64,000 nucleotides of DNA from an uncultured Lentisphaeria bacterium (GCA_949287225.1 CASEFP010000060.1:487-64486), one strand, 5' to 3'. Positions 50,390 through 61,011 are shown, counted from the stretch's first letter. A program made the numbers and translations. The notes: a model not told the origin generated them from the sequence alone.

Positions 50390-51004
50390 ATGACGCGCAA
50401 TTCAATGACCATTCCCATGGTGGTGGAACAGACCGGAAACGGGGAACGCGGATATGACATCTACTCCCGGCTTCTGAAAGACAGAATCGTCCTGCTCGGG
50501 ACCCCGATCGACGATTCCATCGCGAATCTTGTGATTGCCGAACTGCTGTTCCTTCAGAGCGAGGATCCCAAGAAGGACATCGACATGTACATCTGTTCGC
50601 CGGGAGGAAGCGTCACCGCGGGTCTTGCGATCTACGATGTGATGCAGATGCTCTCCTGCGACGTCAAGACCTACTGTGTGGGACAGGCCGCGAGCATGGG
50701 TGCGGTTCTGCTCAGCGCGGGCGCGCCGGGAAAACGCTATGCGCTCCCGAACGCCCGGATCATGATCCACTCCGTCTCCAGCGGCACCGAGGGTAAGGTC
50801 GAGGACATGAAGCTTGCCGTCCGCGAGGCAAACCGCCTCAACGACATCCTTGCCGAAATCCTCGCCGCGACCACGGGCAATCCGCTCAAGAAAGTCAAGA
50901 CGGATATGGAACGCGATTTCTTCATGTCCGCCGAGGAAGCGAAAAAATACGGCCTTGTGGATCAGATCCTCCCGCACCGCATCCGGGAATCGGGCGGAAA
51001 ATAA
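50390..51004 (+). CDS. clpP: ATP-dependent Clp protease proteolytic subunit
   Basis: [31 protein letters not shown] and [11 protein letters not shown]. Confidence 0.97.
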   Translation: MTRNSMTIPMVVEQTGNGERGYDIYSRLLKDRIVLLGTPIDDSIANLVIAELLFLQSEDPKKDIDMYICSPGGSVTAGLAIYDVMQMLSCDVKTYCVGQAASMGAVLLSAGAPGKRYALPNARIMIHSVSSGTEGKVEDMKLAVREANRLNDILAEILAATTGNPLKKVKTDMERDFFMSAEEAKKYGLVDQILPHRIRESGGK

Positions 51005-51028
51005 GTTTTTCAGGAAAGGTTGATCGGG

Positions 51029-52324
51029 ATGGCGAACAATCGCAACAATGACGATATGAAATGCGCATTCTGCGGACGCAAGGGATTCACACCCGAAGTG
51101 GGGCCGCTGGTCATCGGCCCGAACGGTGCCAATATCTGCAAAGACTGTGTCGCGGAGTGCGAACGCCTGTTCGGGCAGGAGGAAAAACGCGCGAAAAAGG
51201 CTGCCGAGGACGCTATGCGGGAACAGGCGGAGAAACCTCTGCCAAAACCCGCAGAAATCAAGGCGGAACTGGATAAATACATCGTCGGGCAGGAGGACGC
51301 AAAAAAGATTCTTTCCGTCGCCGTCCACAACCATTACAAACGGCTCTTTCAATCCAACACGGCGGAGCTTGCCAGAGAGTTTGCCGATGTCGAAATTGAA
51401 AAGAGCAATGTGCTTCTGATCGGCCCGACAGGATCGGGAAAGACGCTGATAGCCAGGACGCTCGCGCGCATGCTCGACGTTCCCTTCTGCATCACCGACG
51501 CAACCACTCTGACTGAAGCGGGATACGTCGGCGAAGACGTCGAAAACATCATCCTCCGTCTGCTTCAGGCGGCAAACTACAACATTGAACGCGCTCAGAT
51601 CGGCATCATCTATGTCGATGAGATCGACAAGATCGCCAAGAAGGGCGAGAATGTCTCCATCACGCGCGACGTTTCAGGCGAAGGCGTGCAGCAGGCGCTT
51701 CTCAAGATTCTTGAAGGAACCGTTGCGAACATTCCCCCGAAGGGCGGGCGCAAACATCCTCAGCAGGAATACATTCCCGTTAATACGACGAATATCCTAT
51801 TCATCTGCGGCGGCGCTTTTGTCGGACTCGACAAGATGGTGCAGCGCCGCATCGGCCGCCATGTGCTCGGCTTCACCGCGGACCGGAAGGAAATCGAGGA
51901 GAACCGCCGTCTGGATTCCAGCGAGGTTCTGAAGGCGGTCGAACCCGAGGATCTGGTGAAATACGGGCTGATTCCCGAGTTCATCGGACGGCTTCCGGTC
52001 ATCACAAGTCTGGAGCCGCTGACCGAGGCGGATCTGGTGAAAATTCTGGTCGAACCGAAAAATTCGATCACGCGCCAGTATGAAAAACTCCTTGCAATCG
52101 AAGGGGTCAGGCTGACCTTTGAAAAGGCGGCGCTCGAAGCGCTGGCGCACAAGGCGTATGAGAAAGGCACCGGCGCGCGAGGACTGCGCTCCATCATTGA
52201 ACAGATGATGGTGAACATCATGTTCGACCTGCCATCCCGCGACGACATAGAAGAGTGCGTCATTACGGCGGATACGGTTGAAACCGGCATTCCAGTTTTG
52301 AAAAAGAAGAAAAACGCCCGATAA
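51029..52324 (+). CDS. clpX: ATP-dependent Clp protease ATP-binding subunit
   Basis: C4 zinc finger, [31 protein letters not shown] loop and GARGLRSI. Confidence 0.98.
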   Translation: MANNRNNDDMKCAFCGRKGFTPEVGPLVIGPNGANICKDCVAECERLFGQEEKRAKKAAEDAMREQAEKPLPKPAEIKAELDKYIVGQEDAKKILSVAVHNHYKRLFQSNTAELAREFADVEIEKSNVLLIGPTGSGKTLIARTLARMLDVPFCITDATTLTEAGYVGEDVENIILRLLQAANYNIERAQIGIIYVDEIDKIAKKGENVSITRDVSGEGVQQALLKILEGTVANIPPKGGRKHPQQEYIPVNTTNILFICGGAFVGLDKMVQRRIGRHVLGFTADRKEIEENRRLDSSEVLKAVEPEDLVKYGLIPEFIGRLPVITSLEPLTEADLVKILVEPKNSITRQYEKLLAIEGVRLTFEKAALEALAHKAYEKGTGARGLRSIIEQMMVNIMFDLPSRDDIEECVITADTVETGIPVLKKKKNAR

Positions 52325-52371
52325 TCCCGTCTGCGCAACAGGCGGAAAAAACGGCTTCTCCGCTTCCGGAA

Positions 52372-53418
52372 TCAGGATTTGCAGAGTGTCGGATAGAGGT
52401 GTTTCCGGACGTTCCGGAAGGTGCCGCGCGCAAGCAATGTGATCTGTTCGAGAATCTCCTCGGCAATTTTGTCGCTCGCGTGGTTGATATAGGGCAGGAC
52501 CGGCGTCATGCGCAGACACTCCTGCGTGCCGTCGATGGTGACGACTTTCGTTTTTCCGGGGATTTGACCGGAGGCAATGGGCTGGCGCAGAAGATCGGAA
52601 ATGTGCTCGTCGCTCATCAGGAAGAGTCCGTCGAATCCTTCGGAGAGCGCCCAGCTGATCGTTTCCCGCATGCCGGAAGCACTCCCATGCACCACCCACA
52701 GAATGGATTCGATCCCGCCGAAGTGATGCGCGGCAAGGCTGTCGGCGAACCCCTGCGCGCGGCGCGAAAAATCCTGATTATTGCAGAACTCCCAGATCCC
52801 GAGCATCTTCCGGCATCCGGAAGCAATCAGGTATTCCGCCGCCATCCGTCCCGCCGCATAGTTGTCCAGCACGATCATATTGCGGAAATTCTGTGTCTGC
52901 GTTTCGATGAGGCTGATCACGCTCTTTTCATTCTGGCTCCGGAACAGGGCATCCATGACCGCGTCGCGTCCGGCGGAGAGACAGCCCGCGTAAAGAATGA
53001 CATCTGCATTCCCGATCTGCTCCATGATGCTTTTCGGATCGCTCTCCGGATTCGTGAGGAAGAGCCGCACATCCGCCCCGTGCCGAAGCAGCAGCGGATG
53101 CAGCATGTTCCAGAGCCGCTCCATCGCGGGAAGCTGAAACGTATACTGCCGCCCGACGGACAGAAAGAGAATTCTGCCCGCGCGCCCGAGATTCCGGAAT
53201 TCCCGCACATAGCGCCGGACACGCCCGGCACGGACAAGAATGCCGCGCTCCTCCAGATTCAGGAGTGCCTTGTGGAGCGTCCGCCGGGAGACATGGAGCG
53301 TTTCGGCAAGGATCTCCTCCCCGGGCAGACGGTCCTGATTGGCGATCATCATCGTCCGGATGCAGTCGCGCAGCAGTTCTTCCGTGCGCGCGCAGGTTGT
53401 ATAGGTTCGCTTCGTCAT
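52372..53418 (-). CDS. GntR-type HTH regulator with a LacI-like sensor domain
   Basis: RLPGEEILAETLHVSRRTLHKAL, DNYAAGRMAAEYL and RRAQGF. Confidence 0.88.
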   Translation of the reverse strand: MTKRTYTTCARTEELLRDCIRTMMIANQDRLPGEEILAETLHVSRRTLHKALLNLEERGILVRAGRVRRYVREFRNLGRAGRILFLSVGRQYTFQLPAMERLWNMLHPLLLRHGADVRLFLTNPESDPKSIMEQIGNADVILYAGCLSAGRDAVMDALFRSQNEKSVISLIETQTQNFRNMIVLDNYAAGRMAAEYLIASGCRKMLGIWEFCNNQDFSRRAQGFADSLAAHHFGGIESILWVVHGSASGMRETISWALSEGFDGLFLMSDEHISDLLRQPIASGQIPGKTKVVTIDGTQECLRMTPVLPYINHASDKIAEEILEQITLLARGTFRNVRKHLYPTLCKS

Positions 53419-53476
53419 AGGGGAACTATACCGTTTCTTCCGCGTTTTTCCAGCATCCGGAGACCCTTCGGATCAT

Positions 53477-56290
53477 CTATTTTACGAGAATGCCGCTTCC
53501 GCACTCCTTCAGAAGAAGATCACTCTGTTTCAGCGGACGGCCGAGACAGCGGTTGCCGCTGAACGTGAGATTCGCGGAACGGTCGATTGTGATCTGATTC
53601 CTCTTTTCGCCGAATGCGTTCACGCCGTTTTCCCCATCCACGGAATTGCCCCGGAAAACGGAATCGGAAAGATTCTTCACGATCAGTCCGCCGGTATTGC
53701 TCCAGCGGTTGTTCTCAAATACGAGAGCGCGGATCGGCGCACACTGCGCCGGAGCCATGTTCTGGACGAAGGTGAAGGTGCGGAGCCCCGCCCACGCGTC
53801 GTTGACGACATTGCCGCGCACGATGATGCAGTAGGGCGCGGGTCCCTCATGCACACCGAGGAGGCAGGAGACCGCGATTCCGACTCCCATCGGAATGTTT
53901 TCAAACGTGTTGTTCTCCACCAGCGAACAGGCGGACTGGATGTTGATTCCTGCTCGGGCGTGGGCAAACGAATTGCCGCTTGCAACCGAGCCGATCCCCC
54001 ACTGACGGGAGTCGTAGACGGCGTCGCGGCGGAAATCATAACGGATCAGCGCGCGCGAAACAAGATCCTCCTGAACCGCAGAGAGTTTCTTAAGACCGCC
54101 CTTTTTGCGGCTGACGATGGTATCCGGAAGCGCCTCCTCCAGAACGGCGACGGTGTCACCGCCCTGCCGGGACTGGCTTTTGATGGTCGCAAGCGCAAGC
54201 GTCTGACCGGTCTCGCCGGAAAGGAAGGAAAGGGTATTCCCCGGAAGGGAATGACCCGGCATCGCGGGATAGCGCGCATGGGTGCCCTCCGCCTCGACGA
54301 CGTTCTTCCCGCCGACAAAGACGTTGAAGCAGTCGTCGCCCGGATTCTTCACGGAGCAGTTGGACAGATATGTGCCGTTGCCGGAGATCAGGAAGTCCGC
54401 GTTGGAAGCCAGACACAGTCCCGGCAGCGGATAAAGACGGCATTTCGTCCAGGAGTTCCAGTAGCCTCCCCAGGTCTGGAACGCCGCCGCGGGTGAGTTG
54501 CGGATGTGGATGTTTTCCGCCGTGCAGAGGGTGCTGTCGCCGGTCGGGAAGCACGGATACGCGCCGTCGCGGTTCGGAATCACGAACTTCAGGCCGGACC
54601 GGACATAGCGGACCGAATAGCGTTTGTCCATGTAAATCCGGTATTTGCCGTTCCCGAGAGAATCCGCCTTCTTTTCATTGTAGACCAGGAACTGCGTGCG
54701 GACCAGATTCCCGTCCGGCGTATACGCCGTGCAGCACTGGAAACGCGGATTCGCCTTGTAGACGGGATCATCCGGCGCAAGCGTGCTGGGATCGAGCCGG
54801 ATCGTAACAGTGTTCGCCGGGACATTCACCTCCAGGACGGTTCCCTGACAGAACGGCGTCTTTTTGTACTGGAGCATCAGATTGCGCACCGTGACGTTGC
54901 GACAAGCGTCCATGAAGATTCCCGCCGCCTGCGGGCGTCCGAACAGGAATTTCGTCGTTTCGGGATTCTCCCCTTCGATCAGCGCATTCTCCAGCTTCGG
55001 GATCCGCACATGGCAGCCGCCCTTTTCCGCGGGTTTGCCCTTTGCGGGAACAAAACTGTTGAAGAAGTAGGTGCCCGCGGGAATCCGGAGGACGGCAGGC
55101 GCGCCGGCACACTGTTTCACGGCGTCAAGGGCACGGACAAACGCAGCGGAGTCATCCGTGACACCGTCGCCCTTCGCCCCGAAATCCCGGACGTTGAAAA
55201 TCTTCGGATTGTTGCCGGGGAGTCCGCCCTCCGGCAGCCACGGGAACTTCGCAATGCATTCCGCCTCCAGCTTGAAATAATCAACGAAACGCCTCATGTC
55301 CTGAATCCCGTTCGCTGCGGAACAGAGTCCCGTAAGCGTGCCGGACGCCAGATTCTCCCGGATGAAGGCAGCGAGATTTCCGACAATTTCCACACGCTTT
55401 CCGATCCGCTCCTTCTGAAAGCAGACGCGGGAAGCAAGATAATCATCAATCTCCGCACGGTATTTCCCGATTGCGGCAAGATACTGCTCCAGCAGAACGG
55501 GAATCTCCTTTCGCAGCAGCTCTTTTCTCTGCTCGGAAAGCGCGTTGTCCGCAAACGGCGGAAGCAGGACAAACGGACCGCCCGACTGCTTTTTTCCCGT
55601 CTGGACAGTTTTTTCCGGAAGGGTATAGCGCACGGCTTCCCTCTGGAACATCTTCCTGATGTCCCACGATTCAAAAATCGTGTCGTAAATACGGATTTCA
55701 TCGGCGAATCCGTTGCACCAGAAGGGCCGCTGCGCGGCGGGATCCGCACAGCCGAGGAAGAGTTCCCCTTCAAGCGGCGCGGGGGCGTCCGCGATCACGC
55801 TCTGATGGTGGATTTCGCCGTTGACATAGATCCGGGCACGGCGTTTGTCGCCAAGGCAGACGAACACGACATGATACCACTGATCAGACGGAAGCGCTTT
55901 CGTTCTGATGACTTCCCTTTTTCCGTTCGCGAGCTGATACTCGACTTCAAACTGTTTCGACGGCGTATAGGAAAGGCGGAGCCGTCCATTCCGTTCGCCG
56001 AGAAGCGTGAATTTCCCGATCCGGTCCGGAATGCCGTCCGGATTGAACCACGCACTCAGCGTGTAGTCTGCGCCCGGAGATTTCGGGAGTCTGACGGCGG
56101 CGTAACGGTCCACCGCGCAGCTGAACGCAAAGACCCGTCCTTTTCCGGCGGGATTCTCCGTCCGCTCGATCCGGGGTTCCGCGCCCGCTTTATCCGCAGT
56201 GAGATTCAAAAGCGTCTCCGCCGCCGACAGCCCGAAGGCCGACAGCAGGCAGATGGCGCCGAACAGAAGTTTCCGCTGAATGGGAATCAT
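53477..56290 (-). CDS. Secreted LamG domain plus right-handed beta-helix glycosidase (GH110-like)
   Basis: Signal peptide. LamG motifs YTLSAWF/QWYHVVFV/IYVNG/ADEIRIYD. Beta-helix cap NVRDFGAKGDGVTDD, then PFCQGTV, and SNAD...GDDCFNV resembling the GH110 catalytic aspartates. Confidence 0.72.
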   Translation of the reverse strand: MIPIQRKLLFGAICLLSAFGLSAAETLLNLTADKAGAEPRIERTENPAGKGRVFAFSCAVDRYAAVRLPKSPGADYTLSAWFNPDGIPDRIGKFTLLGERNGRLRLSYTPSKQFEVEYQLANGKREVIRTKALPSDQWYHVVFVCLGDKRRARIYVNGEIHHQSVIADAPAPLEGELFLGCADPAAQRPFWCNGFADEIRIYDTIFESWDIRKMFQREAVRYTLPEKTVQTGKKQSGGPFVLLPPFADNALSEQRKELLRKEIPVLLEQYLAAIGKYRAEIDDYLASRVCFQKERIGKRVEIVGNLAAFIRENLASGTLTGLCSAANGIQDMRRFVDYFKLEAECIAKFPWLPEGGLPGNNPKIFNVRDFGAKGDGVTDDSAAFVRALDAVKQCAGAPAVLRIPAGTYFFNSFVPAKGKPAEKGGCHVRIPKLENALIEGENPETTKFLFGRPQAAGIFMDACRNVTVRNLMLQYKKTPFCQGTVLEVNVPANTVTIRLDPSTLAPDDPVYKANPRFQCCTAYTPDGNLVRTQFLVYNEKKADSLGNGKYRIYMDKRYSVRYVRSGLKFVIPNRDGAYPCFPTGDSTLCTAENIHIRNSPAAAFQTWGGYWNSWTKCRLYPLPGLCLASNADFLISGNGTYLSNCSVKNPGDDCFNVFVGGKNVVEAEGTHARYPAMPGHSLPGNTLSFLSGETGQTLALATIKSQSRQGGDTVAVLEEALPDTIVSRKKGGLKKLSAVQEDLVSRALIRYDFRRDAVYDSRQWGIGSVASGNSFAHARAGINIQSACSLVENNTFENIPMGVGIAVSCLLGVHEGPAPYCIIVRGNVVNDAWAGLRTFTFVQNMAPAQCAPIRALVFENNRWSNTGGLIVKNLSDSVFRGNSVDGENGVNAFGEKRNQITIDRSANLTFSGNRCLGRPLKQSDLLLKECGSGILVK

Positions 56291-56403
56291 GTTGTGTGCA
56301 ATCCTTTTTCTTTAGTGATGAACAGGGTATTTTCCGAAAGCCATCCGCGTGCCCGGCTGCGCAGACCGGAGACAATGCGGACGCTTCTTTTTTTCCATTT
56401 TCT

Positions 56404-57246
56404 TCAATGACTGGAAATATACTGCGAGGCTTCTCCGACTGCCACCATGCTGAAGCCGAGGCGCTCCCACACACCGAGACGGTCATAGGATGCCGCGCTC
56501 CCGTCGCCGATCAGCGCGTTGGCTCTCTTTCCATGAAACAGCCCGAGTGTCGAATCCGTTGCAGAAAGCGTCGGCTGCGGACTCCCCCACGTCCACTGGG
56601 ACTGCTGCCCGACAGACCAGGCATCGAAAAGAAGAGCCAGCGAATCGCAGTTCGGATTCATCGTAGTGATGCGGTCCTTGATCGCCTTGAGGTTCTGCTT
56701 CGGATCGCGGAGACGGAAGATCAGGTCGTAATCACCGGGCGCGAAATTGAATGATCCCCGCGCCACCATGCTGGTATAATTGTAACCGTAGGCGACCTTT
56801 GCCTTGTCGCTGGAGGCTGTATCATACTTCCCCGGCTTGGCGGAGGGGCAGATCACGCAGGAGGTCGTGAGATATTTCACCCCGCTCGCCGGACGGTTCG
56901 CCAGACGCTCGTCCGGAACATCCGCATAAAACGAAACCCAGCCGGTCCCGCCCTGCCGGAGCGCGACATAATCATTGTAGTCCGCTGCATACGAAAACAG
57001 CGCCACTCCGCACTGTTTCAGGTTGGAAAGGCAGGAGACGCCGCGCGCCTTCTCACGTGCGGTATTCAAAGCGGGAAGAAGCATCGCTGCCAGAATCGCG
57101 ATGATCGCAATCACGATCAGGAGCTCGATCAAGGTAAAAAACAAAAAAGGACTCTTTTTCCGTTTTTCAAACGCGCGACGGATCGACCGCATACCGGTGG
57201 CCGGATGAGATAAATTCCCGTCAATCAGGATCTCTGCTGTTTTCAT
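56404..57246 (-). CDS. Prepilin-type N-terminal / H-X9-DG domain protein (DUF1559-like)
   Basis: [46 protein letters not shown] and [12 protein letters not shown], with a long basic leader. Confidence 0.92.
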   Translation of the reverse strand: MKTAEILIDGNLSHPATGMRSIRRAFEKRKKSPFLFFTLIELLIVIAIIAILAAMLLPALNTAREKARGVSCLSNLKQCGVALFSYAADYNDYVALRQGGTGWVSFYADVPDERLANRPASGVKYLTTSCVICPSAKPGKYDTASSDKAKVAYGYNYTSMVARGSFNFAPGDYDLIFRLRDPKQNLKAIKDRITTMNPNCDSLALLFDAWSVGQQSQWTWGSPQPTLSATDSTLGLFHGKRANALIGDGSAASYDRLGVWERLGFSMVAVGEASQYISSH

Positions 57247-57329
57247 GGTTTTCTTCTCCCAGCTGAATGTATGTTTTCTTCGTAACGATTCTGCAATCGG
57301 ACGCGTTTCTCTCAGCCGTCCTCTCAGAT

Positions 57330-57358
57330 ATTATAATGAAAAACACCTTGATTGGCAA
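57330..57358 (-). promoter_or_regulatory. Sigma70 promoter of the third pilin-CAZyme cassette
   Basis: Minus strand TTGCCA (57358-57353)-N17-TATAAT (57335-57330) in an AT-rich divergent intergenic region. Confidence 0.7.
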
Positions 57359-57733
57359 GGATGAAAAAATGCGGAAAAAAGAGTTTTGTCCAATTTTTTT
57401 AATCTTTCCGTGCATTTTTATTCAGTAAAATAGTATTTGTGCTTTTCAAAGAGAAAAAAGACACAGGAACGAAAACTACCCGCCAAACAGAAAGCGATGC
57501 CGCAATTCCCTCCAATCAGGCAAAATCAAATTCATTCGGAAAAACAGAAGCATCAAAAGTTTTACTTCAGATAAAAATGCACAATTTCTATATTTATCAT
57601 ATAAAATATACGCTATTAAAAATTTTCCTCTCTCCTCCCTTCCCTCTTCACCTTTTCCCTCTTGCACTTTTCGGAAAAAAGAATATTGATATAAATTAAG
57701 ATTGTTCAACGGAAAGGAAATGAGGAAGGATCC

Positions 57734-59773
57734 ATGCCGGAATCACAGCAGAAAAACAGGGATTGGGAAAACGTGCCCGGCGTCTGGGCAGGGGAAGAGC
57801 CGACACTGGCGTTTCTCGCGGAACTCCCGGCAGGGACAAGGGAAATCCGCCTTGCCGCCGCCTCGGTCTACCGTCTGCGCATCGACGGGAAAGTCATCGC
57901 ATACGGTCCCGCACGCGCACCGCTGGGATTCGCCCGCACGGAACGGATCGCCGTAAAACAGAACGCGCCCGCACTCGCCGCAATCGAAGTCACGGCCTGC
58001 CAGACGGAAAATTTCTATTATCCGAAGCAGTCTCCGTTTCTGAAAGCGGCCTTTCTCGATGAGGCGGGCCATCTTCTCGGCGCAACCGGCGACGGGAAAA
58101 CATTCCGCCTCTTCACCCTCCCCTTCCGGAACTGGCAGGCGCCGAAGCTGACGCATCAGCGAGATCTGATGGAACACTACGACTTCACACGGAATCCCGG
58201 CGCACTCGAGTGGTATCTCCAGCGGAATCCGCAGCTTCCGGAACGGCCGGAAACACTGGTCCGGCTCCCGCGCCTCATCAGTCGCCATGCGCCCGGTCCG
58301 GAGCTCTCCGAAATCCACGAAGCGTTTCTGCTCCGCACAGGAACGCTCGACACGCAAGCGGCGGATCTGAAGGAAACAATTCCCGTTAAAATTCTGGAGG
58401 CGTGCCATATCTCCGGAAGCGGCGACAGCTATCTTGTCTACGATTTCGGAAAGCTTTACAGCGGCTTCCTGATTCTGGAACTGGAGGCGGAAGAGGAGTC
58501 CGAACTTCTGATCGGATGGGATGAACTCCTCATGGAAGGCACATACGATTTCCGCAGGGCATTCTGGGCGAACAATTTCATCCGTCTCCGTCTGCCGCAG
58601 GGAAAACCAATGACATTTGAAAGTTTTGAACCGTATGCGATGCGCTGTGCCGCCGTAGCCGTTCTTTCCGGCAGGGTCCGGATCAGAAGCATGCGTCTGC
58701 GCGAATATGCCTTCGACACGTCGCATTTTCTCCCCCGGGACAGGCGGATGCTCTTCACGCCGGAGGAGGATGCCGTCTATCAGGCGGCGTGCGAAACCTT
58801 CCGCCAGAACACCGTGGACGTATTCATGGACTGCCCGGGCCGCGAACGCGCAGGCTGGCTCTGCGACAGCTTTTTCATGGCGCGCGCGGAGTTTTTCCTG
58901 ACGGGGTGCAGCAATGTGGAGGATGATTTTCTGGAAAATTATCTGCTTCCGGACTCTTATCCCCTCCCCGAGGAATGGATGCTCCCGATGTGTTTCCCCG
59001 CCGACAATCCGCGGAAAAGTTTTCTGCCGCAGTGGCCGTTCTGGCTTTTTCTCGAAATCTTTGAAAAAAAGCATCAGAAGCGGGGACGCGATTTCTCATG
59101 CGGACTGGAAAAGCGTTTCCGGAAATACATCGCCGGATGCGGGCACTACCAGAACCGCGAAGGTTTTCTGGAAAATCTGCCCGGCTGGAACTTCATCGAA
59201 TGGTCCCGCGCGAAGGAGTTTTTCCGGGGCGTGCATTTCCCGACCAACATGCTCTACCGGAAATGCCTGAAGGAGGCCGGACTCTGCTACGGAGACCGTG
59301 CGCTGCTGGATCAGGCGGAGATTCTGAAGGAAAAAATCATCGAATCCTCCTTCGACGGCGAATGGTTCCGCGACAACGCGGAGCGCAACGAAGCGGGGAA
59401 TCTGGAAAAAAGCGGGAATCTCAGCGAGATCTGCCAGTATTACGCGGATTTCTGTCTGGATCTCTCTGACGGAGATCCGCGTTTCGCCCGGTGGCGGAAA
59501 CGCCTGCTCGACGGGGAACGGGCCGAAACGATGGTTCCGGCCGCCATGTTCATCGGCCTGATCCTCCGTTTTGAAAGTCTGCGCGCTGCGGGAAGGCATC
59601 GGCAGCTCCTCTCCGAAAGCGTTGCAAAGCTTCTCCCCATGGCGCGCAAAACAGGCACGCTGTGGGAAAAAGAAACGCCCGATGCAAGCTGCTGTCACGG
59701 CTTCGCCTCGGTCCTGGCGCCGTTACTGGCAGAGGCGGTCCGGAAGCGCGGAATGCAGCAGGGATCCAATTGA
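57734..59773 (+). CDS. Glycoside hydrolase family 78 (alpha-L-rhamnosidase-like), no signal peptide
   Basis: YDFG, MDCPGRERAGWLCD and TGTLWE...SCCHGF. Confidence 0.88.
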   Translation: MPESQQKNRDWENVPGVWAGEEPTLAFLAELPAGTREIRLAAASVYRLRIDGKVIAYGPARAPLGFARTERIAVKQNAPALAAIEVTACQTENFYYPKQSPFLKAAFLDEAGHLLGATGDGKTFRLFTLPFRNWQAPKLTHQRDLMEHYDFTRNPGALEWYLQRNPQLPERPETLVRLPRLISRHAPGPELSEIHEAFLLRTGTLDTQAADLKETIPVKILEACHISGSGDSYLVYDFGKLYSGFLILELEAEEESELLIGWDELLMEGTYDFRRAFWANNFIRLRLPQGKPMTFESFEPYAMRCAAVAVLSGRVRIRSMRLREYAFDTSHFLPRDRRMLFTPEEDAVYQAACETFRQNTVDVFMDCPGRERAGWLCDSFFMARAEFFLTGCSNVEDDFLENYLLPDSYPLPEEWMLPMCFPADNPRKSFLPQWPFWLFLEIFEKKHQKRGRDFSCGLEKRFRKYIAGCGHYQNREGFLENLPGWNFIEWSRAKEFFRGVHFPTNMLYRKCLKEAGLCYGDRALLDQAEILKEKIIESSFDGEWFRDNAERNEAGNLEKSGNLSEICQYYADFCLDLSDGDPRFARWRKRLLDGERAETMVPAAMFIGLILRFESLRAAGRHRQLLSESVAKLLPMARKTGTLWEKETPDASCCHGFASVLAPLLAEAVRKRGMQQGSN

Positions 59774-59796
59774 GTTCTCCGCCGCCGGAGGAGAGC

Positions 59797-61011
59797 CTAC
59801 ACGCTCTTCCGCACCGCATCAAAGGCTCTCATCGTCAGGAATCCGATTCCTGCGACCAGCGCGAACGAGGAAAGAATCCCCCACAGGATCATCGGTGAGG
59901 AAGCAAACCATTCGAAGACAATCGAACCGATCCACGGGCCGACGGCAAATCCGATACCCCGGACCAGTCCCAGCGCCGCCATGCTCCGTCCGACCGCGCC
60001 CGGCGGCGCAAGACGGCTGATCTGCGTATACAGCGCGGGCTGGACAAAGAGCTCCCCGAGCGTCAGCACAAATACCGCGCATCCGAGGGAAACGCCGCCC
60101 GCGCAGAATGCAAGGGAGAAATATCCCGCCAGATAAAGAAGCGAACCCGCGACAAGGCGGAACGACTGGCTGCACCTGAAGCGGTCCGCAAGCTGCGTCG
60201 CCCCCATCTGGAAAAAAATGATCGTGAACCCGTTGACCGAATAGACCAGTCCGAGCGTGTCGCGCCCGACTCCAACGACACCGGTCGCGTAGACCGACAG
60301 CACGGAATACAGCTGCGAGGTCAGGAGAAACAGAAGGAAACTGCTTCCAAGAAGTCTGAGGAGAAACGGATTTTTCAGCAGCGTCAGCGCAGTGACCTTT
60401 TCTTCCGCCTCCGCTCTCTCTTTCGCGGGAAGCGGCGCACCCGCCGGACGGATCTCCGGGCAGCAGCGCGCGGTATAGCACATCCCCGCGATGCAGAGCA
60501 GCGCCGTCATTGCGAACATCAGCGAAAAGGGGGTCCTTGCCAGAAACGCCCCCAGCATCGGGCCGACCGCCCAGCCGATATTCGTTCCGATCCGGATTTT
60601 GCTGTAAACGCGCGGGCGCTCCTCCTGTGTCGTGAAATCCGCCAGATAGGAGTCGGCCGCCACCTGAAAAAAGGTCCCCACGGCGCTGTTGACCATCAGA
60701 AGCAATGCGAACGCCCAGAACGGCGCGTGCCGCAACGCGAATAGTGCCAGGACAAGGAAGATCGCCCCGCGCAGTCCCTGCCCCGACTGCATCATGAAAT
60801 TCCGTCCGATCCGGTCGGTGAGCCAGCCAGAAAGCGGCGGAGCAAGGATGACGGCAAGCCCCATCAGGGGGAAAATCGTCCCGACGACATCCATCGGAAT
60901 ATTCCGTTCCTCGTGCAGATAAATCGGAATGAACGGGTAGACGATCGAGTAGGCAAGCGAATTGATCGCCCATGCCGCGGCCAGCGATGTGGAACAGTGT
61001 TCCTGCTTCAT
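59797..61011 (-). CDS. MFS transporter
   Basis: About 12 TM helices, motif A GWLTDRIGR, and NIGWAVGPMLG. Start placed at ATG 61011. Confidence 0.92.
   Translation of the reverse strand: MKQEHCSTSLAAAWAINSLAYSIVYPFIPIYLHEERNIPMDVVGTIFPLMGLAVILAPPLSGWLTDRIGRNFMMQSGQGLRGAIFLVLALFALRHAPFWAFALLLMVNSAVGTFFQVAADSYLADFTTQEERPRVYSKIRIGTNIGWAVGPMLGAFLARTPFSLMFAMTALLCIAGMCYTARCCPEIRPAGAPLPAKERAEAEEKVTALTLLKNPFLLRLLGSSFLLFLLTSQLYSVLSVYATGVVGVGRDTLGLVYSVNGFTIIFFQMGATQLADRFRCSQSFRLVAGSLLYLAGYFSLAFCAGGVSLGCAVFVLTLGELFVQPALYTQISRLAPPGAVGRSMAALGLVRGIGFAVGPWIGSIVFEWFASSPMILWGILSSFALVAGIGFLTMRAFDAVRKSV

Noticed and set aside
57416-57733. Short ORFs 57439-57699 (+) and 57476-57709 (-)
   Set aside because: They lie in an AT-rich divergent promoter region with low-complexity translation and composition unlike real genes.
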